From an uncultured Eubacteriales bacterium (lineage in GTDB: Bacteria > Bacillota > Clostridia > Oscillospirales > Acutalibacteraceae): a stretch of DNA of 64,000 nt. The notes under the pieces were generated by a model. That model saw nothing but the letters and a program-made list of their open reading frames with translations, was not told the origin of the DNA and did no database searches. The position numbers and the translations under genes are program-made. Positions 1 through 8,260 of this stretch are shown here, piece after piece. The stretch covers positions 3,764-67,763 of the forward strand of contig CAYYDD010000002.1 of the NCBI GenBank assembly GCA_964470515.1. Reading direction: 5' to 3'. Each line of letters starts with the position of its first letter. Positions within the stretch are counted from its first letter, which is position 1.

Positions 1-3000
1 CTACTGCAGAGCTGCCCGGCGATCAGTTAACGGATGACGAGCTGCTGGCACAGCTCCGCCGGCGCGGCTGGGGCAATACGCCGAACCCTCGCCTGAAGCA
101 TTTCGTGCTGGGGATCGTGAACAAATTCCGCGGCACCCCCGCCGAGACCGACCTACAGCATCTGGAGCGCCTGTTCACCGAAGCGGTGGAGAACAATCGA
201 TCAAAGGACGTTGCTATTGAAAATGGAAATATTAAATTTTCGATAGCAGAGGACACATCAAGCATTCGAGAACAGATAGCGGCTCATATGGATAAACTTA
301 ATGGAATGAGTCCTGTTTTTGAATCTAATGTTCCTATGGATATACGGCGGAAATATGATGCAGCTCAATGGGCAATCCGGATATTAAAACAAACAGGCTA
401 TCAGGTGGATAGGCAAAATTTTGGCACCATTTATTTTCAGGAAAAGGATATCAAAGCTGCGGCTGAATATGCCGATACGCCTGCTGAAAAAGCGGCTTTT
501 GCGGCTGTTCCAAGAGTCCTTAAAAGAGGGATAGAAATTGGTCGCCATCAAAATCACAAAGGACGCTCTAAAACTACAGTTACCTTTGCGGCACCGGTTG
601 TGCTGAATGGCGTTCGCGGAAATATGGCCGTTGTTGTGAATTTGAATGGAAATCGATACACCGTTCACCGCATAGTTTCTCCCGATGGAAGTGTTTTTTC
701 TTTCTCTGAAAATACGCAAAAAAACACAGAGCAAGAATCGTATCAGGGAGTGCCGCGTGAGCGGTCTCTTGCCGATACCACAAGCTCTGTGTCTAACACC
801 AGTATAGCAAACCAGCCGCCCGGTGTCAATACCTATTCTACGCAGGACGGCACAAAAAAATTCATTGCACCCGAAACGACGGTTGAGCTGCCCGGCGATC
901 AGTTAACGGATGACGAGCTGCTGGCACAGCTCCGCCGGCGCGGCTGGGGCAATACGCCGAACCCTCGCCTGAAGCATTTCGTGCTGGGGATCGTGAACAA
1001 ATTCCGCAGCACCCCCGCCGAGACCGAATTGGAACGCTTGGAGCGGATGTTCGCCGCCGCACTGCCGAAGGCGGAGAGTGCTGGTGATGGGAAAATAAAA
1101 TACTCAATTGGTCTTTCTTTTGCAGAGCAAATCCAACAAATACTGAACGGAACCTTTGACAAAGAACATTCTCATCTCTTTGTTCGGGCGAATACGCCTA
1201 AAGTTTATACAACCTTGGAGAAGGTAAGTATCCCAGATTTGCCGATTGTTATGAGCTACGACAATGCGGTGGTCAGTTTGTTTGATACAAACGAGGGCAC
1301 AAAATCGGATCATAATCACGGCGTGGGAGAAGAAATGATGTGCCTTCTTCCTCAGATGATTGAGGATCCGCTGTATGTCGTGGTGCTTCCTAATGGAAGA
1401 ATTAACGCCATTTTGGAAAATGTGGACAGCAAAGGGCGCCACTATTTTATTTCACTCGAGCTCGAAGTGCAAAAGCCAGTTTCAGAGGTGTACAGCGGTG
1501 GATATAGAGGTAAGCAACATTTGTTGCTGACTGTTTTCGGCGCGCGTGAAAACTACATTAAGAAAATCTTATCGACTCCTGAAAATGTGGTTGTGTATGA
1601 CAAAAAGAAAGATTCGAATCCGCGAGGTAACCCTGAGGGCAATGGCCTCAACATTATCAACGGATCCGAATCTCTTGACCCCAGTATAGCACAACCGCCG
1701 CCCGGTGTCAATGGTTATTCTACGCAGGATGGCACCAAAAAATTCATCGCGCCTGAAACGGCAGAGATCCGTGCTTTTGAAAACAGCGAGGAGCAATTGG
1801 CACGGAACACCGAGGAGATGGCCGAAACGGAAGCGGTATACACCGTGCCGGCGAGTGCTCTGGAGAATTCCGGAAAGCCGATTGCCGACATTTATCGCGG
1901 ATTTTTTACCGCATGGGGCGGTCAATTGTTTTCCGAGGAGCTGGGCGTGATCGATCTGAAGGAATCGAGCATTCGTTCGGAACGCCGACACGGTAATACG
2001 GCACAGAAGATCGCGGCCATCGAAGCGATTCCGGCGGTTATTGCAAACGGCAAGATCATTTTCGTAGGAGAAAAAAACAACGGCCGTGTACAGCGTATCC
2101 TTGTTGCTGCACCAATACGCATAGGCGATAAGCCGTATTACATGGGGATCATGGTTCAACGGGATATACAGAACCAGCGGTTGTACCTTCACGACGTTGC
2201 CATAGAAGAAGAGACGTCCGCAACCTCGCTGGCTGACCTGAGCACGACAGGGGCGAGCGGGGGAGACGAACATCTCTTCACCACCAGTATACTACGGCGT
2301 GCGCTACAAGTCAAGCGGCAGCTTCGTGCGAAGCGTTTTATTGCTCCCGAAACGAGTGCTACCTTTCGTTCGGCTGCAGAACTCAGCGACGAGGAGTTGG
2401 CGGCCGAACTTCGTCGCCGCGGGATGAGCGATCTCCCCAATCCCTTGCAGGTGGCGCAGTTCAAGCCCGCCGACGCACTCACGACGCCGGTACTGCGCCG
2501 TAACGGCCCGATGAACGCCATGGGTGACGGGACGAGTGCTTTTGCCGACAGTGTACAGAATGCCGATATTTTCAGCGACGAGCTGAAACGGCTTGCCGCC
2601 GAGGATGAACAAATCACGCGCTACGACGTGATCACCAACGCAGACACCCTGCGAGAAGCCAACGAGCGTATCAATACGGGCGGCAGAGCCTTTGTGCAGC
2701 GGTTGATGCAACGCGATAGCGACACCTACAGCACCGAGGATCTGGCGGCGGCATTGATCCTCATCAGCCGCTACGAGAAGATCGGCGATCACCGTACCGC
2801 ATTGGTGCTGATGGAAAAGGTGCGCGAGGCAGGGACGGCACACGGTCAAGCGGTGCAGATACTCTCACTCCTCAGCCGTTTAACACCCGACGGTATGGTG
2901 ATGTATGCGCAGCTTGAGCTGTCGCGGGCGTACGAGGTGATGGTGAAGGGAAAGACCAACAAGTGGATCGAGCGGAACAAGGACAGATTTGAACTGACGG

Positions 3001-3305
3001 ACGAGGATATCGAGTTTATCCGCCGGCGCGGCTGGGGCAATACGCCGAACCCTCGCCTGAAGCATTTCGTGCTGGGGATCGTGAACAAATTCCGTGGCAC
3101 GCCCGCCGAGACCGACCTGCAGCGCTTGGAGCGAATGTTCGCCGAAGCGGTGGAGAAAACGCAGGCGACACCTGCTGATGGTGAAAAGAAATTTAGTATT
3201 CAGCGGGATGCCAACGGCGAAAACGTTGTAGTGATAGGGAATGGCCAAAATATTTTTTGGGGGCTGATGAGGCGGATTACCCGAGGATTGCCCGCAATTA
3301 TATAA
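1..3305 (+). CDS. Phage polyvalent (multi-effector) head-packaged protein, upstream part. It is 5'-partial and continues in 3257..7303 after a -1 shift.
   Basis: Frame 3 is open from nt 3, so the start at 105 in the track is an artefact. The translation shows globular modules separated by a recurring linker (GVNxYSTQDGTKKFIAPET). A 60-aa module (LPGDQLTDDELLAQLRRRGWGNTPNPRLKHFVLGIVNKFRGTPAE) recurs. Two modules carry the pattern G.I.F...P.VLK.G...NHK...TFAAPV..NG..G.MAVVV...Y.VHRI, which I recall from nuclease-like domains of polyvalent proteins. Confidence 0.7.
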   Translation, partial: TAELPGDQLTDDELLAQLRRRGWGNTPNPRLKHFVLGIVNKFRGTPAETDLQHLERLFTEAVENNRSKDVAIENGNIKFSIAEDTSSIREQIAAHMDKLNGMSPVFESNVPMDIRRKYDAAQWAIRILKQTGYQVDRQNFGTIYFQEKDIKAAAEYADTPAEKAAFAAVPRVLKRGIEIGRHQNHKGRSKTTVTFAAPVVLNGVRGNMAVVVNLNGNRYTVHRIVSPDGSVFSFSENTQKNTEQESYQGVPRERSLADTTSSVSNTSIANQPPGVNTYSTQDGTKKFIAPETTVELPGDQLTDDELLAQLRRRGWGNTPNPRLKHFVLGIVNKFRSTPAETELERLERMFAAALPKAESAGDGKIKYSIGLSFAEQIQQILNGTFDKEHSHLFVRANTPKVYTTLEKVSIPDLPIVMSYDNAVVSLFDTNEGTKSDHNHGVGEEMMCLLPQMIEDPLYVVVLPNGRINAILENVDSKGRHYFISLELEVQKPVSEVYSGGYRGKQHLLLTVFGARENYIKKILSTPENVVVYDKKKDSNPRGNPEGNGLNIINGSESLDPSIAQPPPGVNGYSTQDGTKKFIAPETAEIRAFENSEEQLARNTEEMAETEAVYTVPASALENSGKPIADIYRGFFTAWGGQLFSEELGVIDLKESSIRSERRHGNTAQKIAAIEAIPAVIANGKIIFVGEKNNGRVQRILVAAPIRIGDKPYYMGIMVQRDIQNQRLYLHDVAIEEETSATSLADLSTTGASGGDEHLFTTSILRRALQVKRQLRAKRFIAPETSATFRSAAELSDEELAAELRRRGMSDLPNPLQVAQFKPADALTTPVLRRNGPMNAMGDGTSAFADSVQNADIFSDELKRLAAEDEQITRYDVITNADTLREANERINTGGRAFVQRLMQRDSDTYSTEDLAAALILISRYEKIGDHRTALVLMEKVREAGTAHGQAVQILSLLSRLTPDGMVMYAQLELSRAYEVMVKGKTNKWIERNKDRFELTDEDIEFIRRRGWGNTPNPRLKHFVLGIVNKFRGTPAETDLQRLERMFAEAVEKTQATPADGEKKFSIQRDANGENVVVIGNGQNIFWGLMRRITRGLPAII
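9..151 (+). repeat. Intragenic direct repeat (linker module copy 1), 142/143 identical to 885..1027.
   Basis: Aligned by eye. The single g/a difference is at 130 versus 1006. Confidence 0.9.
822..983 (+). repeat. Intragenic direct repeat (linker module copy 2), 162 bp identical to 3746..3907.
   Basis: Base-by-base comparison of ggtgtcaatacc...gaagcatttcgtg in both places. Confidence 0.9.
2732..3022 (+). repeat. 291-bp perfect direct repeat, copy A, partner of 5131..5421.
   Basis: All five sequence lines compared are identical at offset 2399. Flanking homologous sequence (2335-2731 versus 4722-5130) is clearly diverged. Confidence 0.9.
3253..3263 (+). other. T6G5 homopolymer junction where the reading frame of the polyvalent gene shifts by -1.
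   Basis: The sequence is aat att ttt tgg ggg. Frame 0 ends 42 nt later at 3305. Frame -1 (ttg ggg gct gat gag) is open to 7303 and continues the protein logically. Confidence 0.75.
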
Positions 3306-6300
3306 ATCAAACCTTTAAAGGTGTGTCGTTGCCCCTTTCCACCCAAAATCTTGTTACGCCGGAAAGTGTTGGTATACAAAAATATATTTATAGCGGAAAA
3401 TCGATAGATACCGATATGCAGTTAGCAAAAATGAAAGTTGCTACAGAATTGGATAATCTGCTTAAAACCTCGAAATTTGTTGGACACTCACCTGATGGGA
3501 AGAATCATCCTTTTGCAAAAGACGGATTTGATTATTATCAAACCAATTTTATTGTGGATGGACAGGTTTTTGAAGGGATTATCGATATTGGTCTAAATGG
3601 AAATAAGCAAACCTTCTATGGAATGACAAATATAAAAAGAGTTACCTCGGATATCGGAAGATACTCCAACCTTTTGTTGGGCTATAACTCCGAATTTTCG
3701 TCGCAAGGTAACTCCACTGACACCACTGTACCACAATATGGTGAAGGTGTCAATACCTATTCTACGCAGGACGGCACAAAAAAATTCATTGCACCCGAAA
3801 CGACGGTTGAGCTGCCCGGCGATCAGTTAACGGATGACGAGCTGCTGGCACAGCTCCGCCGGCGCGGCTGGGGCAATACGCCGAACCCTCGCCTGAAGCA
3901 TTTCGTGACAGGCATCATCAACAAGTTTCGTGGCACTCCTGCCGAATCCGATCTGCAGCGCCTGGAGCGGATGTTCAATGCGGCGATGGAAAACGCAAGA
4001 ACGGCGGAACCCCAGCAAATAGAAAAATCAAATTTCATAAGGCCTGATTTTTACTCAAAATTTGATGAATGGGATGGTATCGCCCCCAATGTAACATTCA
4101 CTATTGGTACAACATCGCAGGCCTTACAATCCATCAATATCAAAGACCAAGAAATCAAATTGCACTCAGGCACAGTAATCAGTAAGATGAGAAAGCATCC
4201 TGAGATGACTCGAGATATTTTCAGACAGATACCTGAACTTTTGGAAAATCCGGTGATTATTCAGTTCTCGGATGCTGTTGATCCTGAAACGGGAAAACCG
4301 AAATACGAATCGAGTATCACGGTTATGGGAGAAGTGTATGCGTTGGACGGCAGGCCAATACTGGTCGCACTTGATTTGTTGCCACAAAAAAAGAAAGGGG
4401 CAAAGATCAAAGACTTTTCAGTTATTAAGAGTGCATACGCTAAAAATGCAAGCCAATTTCAATTGAGCAATAACAGCATCCTATATATTGATCCGAATAA
4501 AAAAAGAACCAATAATTGGCTTTCTCGTACTGGGCTCCAATTGCCGGTCGGAGTAACCAATTATGGTTCTATAAGAAGGATAACATATTCCGATGGAAAA
4601 GTCAAGATTGAAAATTCCTCGAAAATAACTCCTATGGCACTCGCACTTAAAGGAGCCGGTGTTATCGATTCTTACGGTAATAGTATATTCAGCAGAGAAG
4701 AAAATTCTCCAAAAAAGAAAAATTTTATTGCTCCCGAAACTTCTTCCGAAACGGCGGTCGATTCTCGCCCCATTGACCAGTGGAGCGAGGAGGAGATGCA
4801 AGCCGAGCTCAGGCGCCGCCGAGGCAAGACGGATCCCAACCCGCTGCAGGTAGCGCAACTCACACCCGAGGATGCAGTTACCACGCCGCAGATCGCTCCT
4901 CATGGCCGGCTGAATCAGACGGGCGATGGCGCAAGTGCTTTTGCCGACAGCGTGCAGGCATCGGGCATCTTCAGTGATGAACTGAAGCAACTCGCCGTAG
5001 CGGACAGGGAAGTCACCCGATACGATGTCATCACCAATGTGCAAACGCTGGAAGAGGCCAATACCCGTATCAACGAAGGCGGCCGTACGTTCGTGGAGGA
5101 GCTATCCCGTAAAAGCCCGTCGGCTTATACCACCGAGGATCTGGCGGCGGCATTGATCCTCATCAGCCGCTACGAGAAGATCGGCGATCACCGTACCGCA
5201 TTGGTGCTGATGGAAAAGGTGCGCGAGGCAGGGACGGCACACGGTCAAGCGGTGCAGATACTCTCACTCCTCAGCCGTTTAACACCCGACGGTATGGTGA
5301 TGTATGCGCAGCTTGAGCTGTCGCGGGCGTACGAGGTGATGGTGAAGGGAAAGACCAACAAGTGGATCGAGCGGAACAAGGACAGATTTGAACTGACGGA
5401 CGAGGATATCGAGTTTATCCGTCGCCGCACCTGGCAGGCGGCGCAACTACCGAAGGGGCGAGATAAGGATATCCGTCTGGCTGAGATCGCTACGCGGATC
5501 CAGAGCAAGTTCCCGCAGCAGCATGGTCAGGCCTACAAGGCGTTCCAGCGTACGGCTATGCTTCTTAACCCCAAGACCCAGTTGCGTAACGTGCTGGGCA
5601 ATGCCACGATGGCGGGTGCGTTTATCGGCAGCGATACCATCGGCAACCTCATTGACAAGAAAATTGCCAAAAAAACGGGTGTACGCACGACGGCGGGCTT
5701 TCAGTCAGCGGCCGTCAAGGGCTTGAAGCAGGGCTTGTTTGAAAGCTACGACGATTTTGTGAGACATATCAGTACCAGAGACGTTCAGGCCGACCGCTTT
5801 AAGATCAAGCAGAGCAGTCTGGATAATTTCAACGAGAACCATACCGGCAACGCCGCCAAGCTGCGCAACGGTCTGAGCCGCGCACTGAATGCGTTGGATC
5901 GCTTCAACTCGTTTTTGCTGGACGCCGGCGACAGGCTCTTCTATGAGATGTGGTTTATCAATTCGCTGAACGGGCAGATGAAGGCCAACGGTGTGACCGA
6001 GCCGACGTCGGATATGATCGAGATCGCCACACTGGACGCGCTGGAGCGCACGTGGCAGGATAAGAACGCCTTGACGAGATGGCTTTCCAATGTAAAGAAC
6101 GGAATGAACGTCGTCAACGTTCACGGCTACGGTCTGGGTGACGTAGTGCTGAAGTTCGTCAAAACTCCCGCCAACCTCACGAAGGCTATGCTTGAGTTCT
6201 CCCCGGTGGGGCTGGCCAAGGCGATGACGATCGATGCCAAACGATTTTTAACGGCTGTAAACGAGGGAAAGGCCACGCCGCGGATGCAGCGGGCGTTCGT

Positions 6301-7303
6301 CAAAAATCTATCCAACGGTATCGTCGGATCGATCCTTACGGCGATCGCCGCCGGGCTGGCGGCCGCCGGATTGGTGACGGGCGAGCAGGACGAGGATGAC
6401 GATGTGGCTGCGTTTAAAAAGGACGTGCTGGGCTACCAGCCGTATTCCTTTAAGATTGGCAACATCTCGTTTTCTTATGACTGGATGCAGCCCATCGGCG
6501 CGTATGTTGCGATGATGGCGAACTACTACCAGGATAAGGAGAACGCCGAGCTGACCGGCGAAAGGCTGGATGCGTTCAATGCGATCCTCGGGGTGTTCAA
6601 ATCGGGTGGCCGAGCGCTGTTCAATCAATCGTTTATGAAATCCATTCAGACGTTATTTGCCGACGACGATCCGATCACCGGGAAGAACGGTGGACTGGTA
6701 TCGGCAAACATGACCTACGAACAGTGGGCGGCGTTACAGGATACCAAACACGGGACAGGCACCATTGACAAGCTGCGGCGCATGGCGTACAATAGGAGTG
6801 CGGATAAGGCGCAGTTCTATGCGTATAAATCGCGCTTGGGAGCGGACGCGCCGAAAACATTTGCGGAGTTCCAACAAATCAAATACAATGACTCGAAGCG
6901 GTATGCAGATCTTGTTGGATACTACATATACAAAGGCGAAAATCCTGAAAGCGGACACAATTTTTACGAAGCAAATAAAGCAATACAAGAGCTTCGTAGT
7001 GCCGGTGGGATTAAGGCGACAGGAACGATCGTAGCACCACCGCGAGGAAATCAGATAAAGACTCTTAATGACCATGCTAAACTCCGATTTGCTGAACGAG
7101 GCATTGCACAGGCGTGGACTCAGGGAATTGTTGATGGTGCGGATTTTGCCTTAAAACAGCGACTTGGTACACAACATGTTTATTACTCCAATGGTGGTAT
7201 GGTGGTTCTTAACGACATTGGAGAAGTTGGAACGGCAGGAATGCTGGATGAACAGGGAAAACTTCTGTATGATGAGGTGATAAAGTATGTCAGAAAGCAG
7301 TGA
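3257..7303 (+). CDS. Phage polyvalent head-packaged protein, downstream part, occupying the MuF/minor-head-protein slot, with a C-terminal toxin-like domain.
   Basis: The first residues (GADEADYPRIARNYINQTF) continue the sentence broken in the upstream ORF (..ENVVVIGNGQNIF). It contains another linker copy, a MuF-C-like module (KHPEMTRDIFRQIPELLENPVII...SAYAKN...LYID), a duplicated helical region, a roughly 450-aa core with a hydrophobic patch, and a terminal HxxxRxxERGI domain. It sits directly upstream of the scaffold and capsid genes. Confidence 0.7.
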   Translation: MGADEADYPRIARNYINQTFKGVSLPLSTQNLVTPESVGIQKYIYSGKSIDTDMQLAKMKVATELDNLLKTSKFVGHSPDGKNHPFAKDGFDYYQTNFIVDGQVFEGIIDIGLNGNKQTFYGMTNIKRVTSDIGRYSNLLLGYNSEFSSQGNSTDTTVPQYGEGVNTYSTQDGTKKFIAPETTVELPGDQLTDDELLAQLRRRGWGNTPNPRLKHFVTGIINKFRGTPAESDLQRLERMFNAAMENARTAEPQQIEKSNFIRPDFYSKFDEWDGIAPNVTFTIGTTSQALQSINIKDQEIKLHSGTVISKMRKHPEMTRDIFRQIPELLENPVIIQFSDAVDPETGKPKYESSITVMGEVYALDGRPILVALDLLPQKKKGAKIKDFSVIKSAYAKNASQFQLSNNSILYIDPNKKRTNNWLSRTGLQLPVGVTNYGSIRRITYSDGKVKIENSSKITPMALALKGAGVIDSYGNSIFSREENSPKKKNFIAPETSSETAVDSRPIDQWSEEEMQAELRRRRGKTDPNPLQVAQLTPEDAVTTPQIAPHGRLNQTGDGASAFADSVQASGIFSDELKQLAVADREVTRYDVITNVQTLEEANTRINEGGRTFVEELSRKSPSAYTTEDLAAALILISRYEKIGDHRTALVLMEKVREAGTAHGQAVQILSLLSRLTPDGMVMYAQLELSRAYEVMVKGKTNKWIERNKDRFELTDEDIEFIRRRTWQAAQLPKGRDKDIRLAEIATRIQSKFPQQHGQAYKAFQRTAMLLNPKTQLRNVLGNATMAGAFIGSDTIGNLIDKKIAKKTGVRTTAGFQSAAVKGLKQGLFESYDDFVRHISTRDVQADRFKIKQSSLDNFNENHTGNAAKLRNGLSRALNALDRFNSFLLDAGDRLFYEMWFINSLNGQMKANGVTEPTSDMIEIATLDALERTWQDKNALTRWLSNVKNGMNVVNVHGYGLGDVVLKFVKTPANLTKAMLEFSPVGLAKAMTIDAKRFLTAVNEGKATPRMQRAFVKNLSNGIVGSILTAIAAGLAAAGLVTGEQDEDDDVAAFKKDVLGYQPYSFKIGNISFSYDWMQPIGAYVAMMANYYQDKENAELTGERLDAFNAILGVFKSGGRALFNQSFMKSIQTLFADDDPITGKNGGLVSANMTYEQWAALQDTKHGTGTIDKLRRMAYNRSADKAQFYAYKSRLGADAPKTFAEFQQIKYNDSKRYADLVGYYIYKGENPESGHNFYEANKAIQELRSAGGIKATGTIVAPPRGNQIKTLNDHAKLRFAERGIAQAWTQGIVDGADFALKQRLGTQHVYYSNGGMVVLNDIGEVGTAGMLDEQGKLLYDEVIKYVRKQ
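3746..3907 (+). repeat. Intragenic direct repeat (linker module copy 4), partner of 822..983.
   Basis: Identical 162 bp. A shorter 77-bp copy (3021..3097) matches 933..1009. Confidence 0.9.
5131..5421 (+). repeat. 291-bp perfect direct repeat, copy B.
   Basis: See 2732..3022. After the repeat, copy A joins the linker module (RRRGWGNTPNP) and copy B continues into the core (RRRTWQAAQLPKG). Confidence 0.9.
7061..7300 (+). other. C-terminal 80-aa toxin-like domain of the polyvalent protein (DUF4258 / BECR-fold RNase-like).
   Basis: TLNDHAKLRFAERGIAQAW..YYSNGGMVVL matches the remembered DUF4258 signature H-x3-R-x2-ERGI followed by beta strands. The terminal position is as in polymorphic MuF-type phage toxins. 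Confidence 0.4.
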
Positions 7304-7466
7304 AAAGGTGAAGTGCCCCTTGCTGGGTAGAGAAATCGATTGGGGTTATTGCTGGGAACTTTGCAACATTGCCGCCGATGGTGTTTTGCTCAGAGGCGAT
7401 AAAGTGTCAAACTGGGATGAAGCCCAAAAGATCTGCCGAAAGTGCGGTCGGTATTCCGAGGAATGA
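7287..7466 (+). CDS. Small Cys-rich protein (59 aa), candidate immunity or partner protein. Not in the supplied ORF track.
   Basis: The ATG at 7287 overlaps the last 17 nt of the upstream gene. Translation: MSESSEKVKCPLLGREIDWGYCWELCNIAADGVLLRGDKVSNWDEAQKICRKCGRYSEE. It has C10, a CxxxC and a CxxC. An intrinsic terminator follows. Confidence 0.45.
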   Translation: MSESSEKVKCPLLGREIDWGYCWELCNIAADGVLLRGDKVSNWDEAQKICRKCGRYSEE

Positions 7467-7516
7467 TTTCATTGCGCTAGGCAAATCCTTACTACAATTC
7501 AATACGGTTATGAGAA

Positions 7517-7549
7517 GCATGGTGCAGTCAACTGCACAGTGCTTTTTTT
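7517..7549 (+). terminator. Rho-independent terminator after the small Cys-rich ORF.
   Basis: gcatggtgcag-tcaa-ctgcacagtgc followed by T7. Confidence 0.7.
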
Positions 7550-7657
7550 ATACAAAATAACGCCTACCGTGCCGGCATATAACTGCACGGTCGCCACGGC
7601 GCAGAGCTGACTGCGGATTTATAAATCAAAGAAATGTGAGGGCGGGAAAGGAAACCT

Positions 7658-8242
7658 ATGGACTATTTGAAACCCTTATTTGGCGACGGAGCGCTGACCT
7701 ACGATCAGTTTGCTTCCAAAGTGGCCGAAGCCGGCGATGGCATCAAACTTGCCAACCTGGCGGACGGTCACTATGTTTCTCGCGTGAAATACGACGAGGA
7801 CATAGGTGTCGCCAACGGCAAGCTGGAAACGGCGAATGGGACGATCACAACCATGCAGGACGCGCTGAAGAAGTTTGACGGTGTGGATGTGGCTGGCCTG
7901 CAGGACCAACTCCAGCAGTTGCAGCAGAAGTACGACAGCGATATGGTGAGGCTGACGCTGGACGCGGCGATCGCCTCCCGTGTGCGGGATCTCGGCACGC
8001 GGAACCCGCAGTTGGTTGCCGGAGCAATCGATCGTTCACGGATCACGCAGGAGGAGGATGGCACGCTGAGCGGGCTTGATGAGCAGCTGGAAGCTTTAAA
8101 AGCATCTGACGCGTACCTGTTCAACATCACCGAAACACAGAACATCGGCACCGGGCACTGCGGTGGTACACCGCCCGCCGGTGGCGAGACTGACCCTGAA
8201 AAAATGAGTATGAGCGAGTACAAGAAGTACCGCCGACAGTAA
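7658..8242 (+). CDS. Phage scaffolding protein (GP20-like).
   Basis: The N-terminus MDYLKPLFGDGALTYDQFASKV..IKLANLADGHYVSRVKYDE and a Q/E-rich coiled middle are typical of this family. An RBS (gggaaaggaaacc) precedes the ATG. Confidence 0.75.
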   Translation: MDYLKPLFGDGALTYDQFASKVAEAGDGIKLANLADGHYVSRVKYDEDIGVANGKLETANGTITTMQDALKKFDGVDVAGLQDQLQQLQQKYDSDMVRLTLDAAIASRVRDLGTRNPQLVAGAIDRSRITQEEDGTLSGLDEQLEALKASDAYLFNITETQNIGTGHCGGTPPAGGETDPEKMSMSEYKKYRRQ

Positions 8243-8260
8243 AAAGGAGAAAAAAGCACA

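Noticed and set aside
105-3305. The track's start codon at 105 for the first large ORF.
   Set aside because: The same frame is open back to nt 3 and encodes another copy of the linker module, so the gene is 5'-partial rather than starting at 105.
1-5421. The repeats in the phage gene as a diversity-generating retroelement (template/variable repeat pair).
   Set aside because: The copies are identical or differ at a single site, with no adenine-specific mismatch pattern. No reverse transcriptase gene is present in the window.
7369-7560. 63-aa ORF overlapping the small Cys-rich ORF in another frame.
   Set aside because: It has no RBS, runs through the terminator hairpin, and its composition is unconvincing. 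The 7287..7466 ORF is translationally coupled and ends before the terminator.
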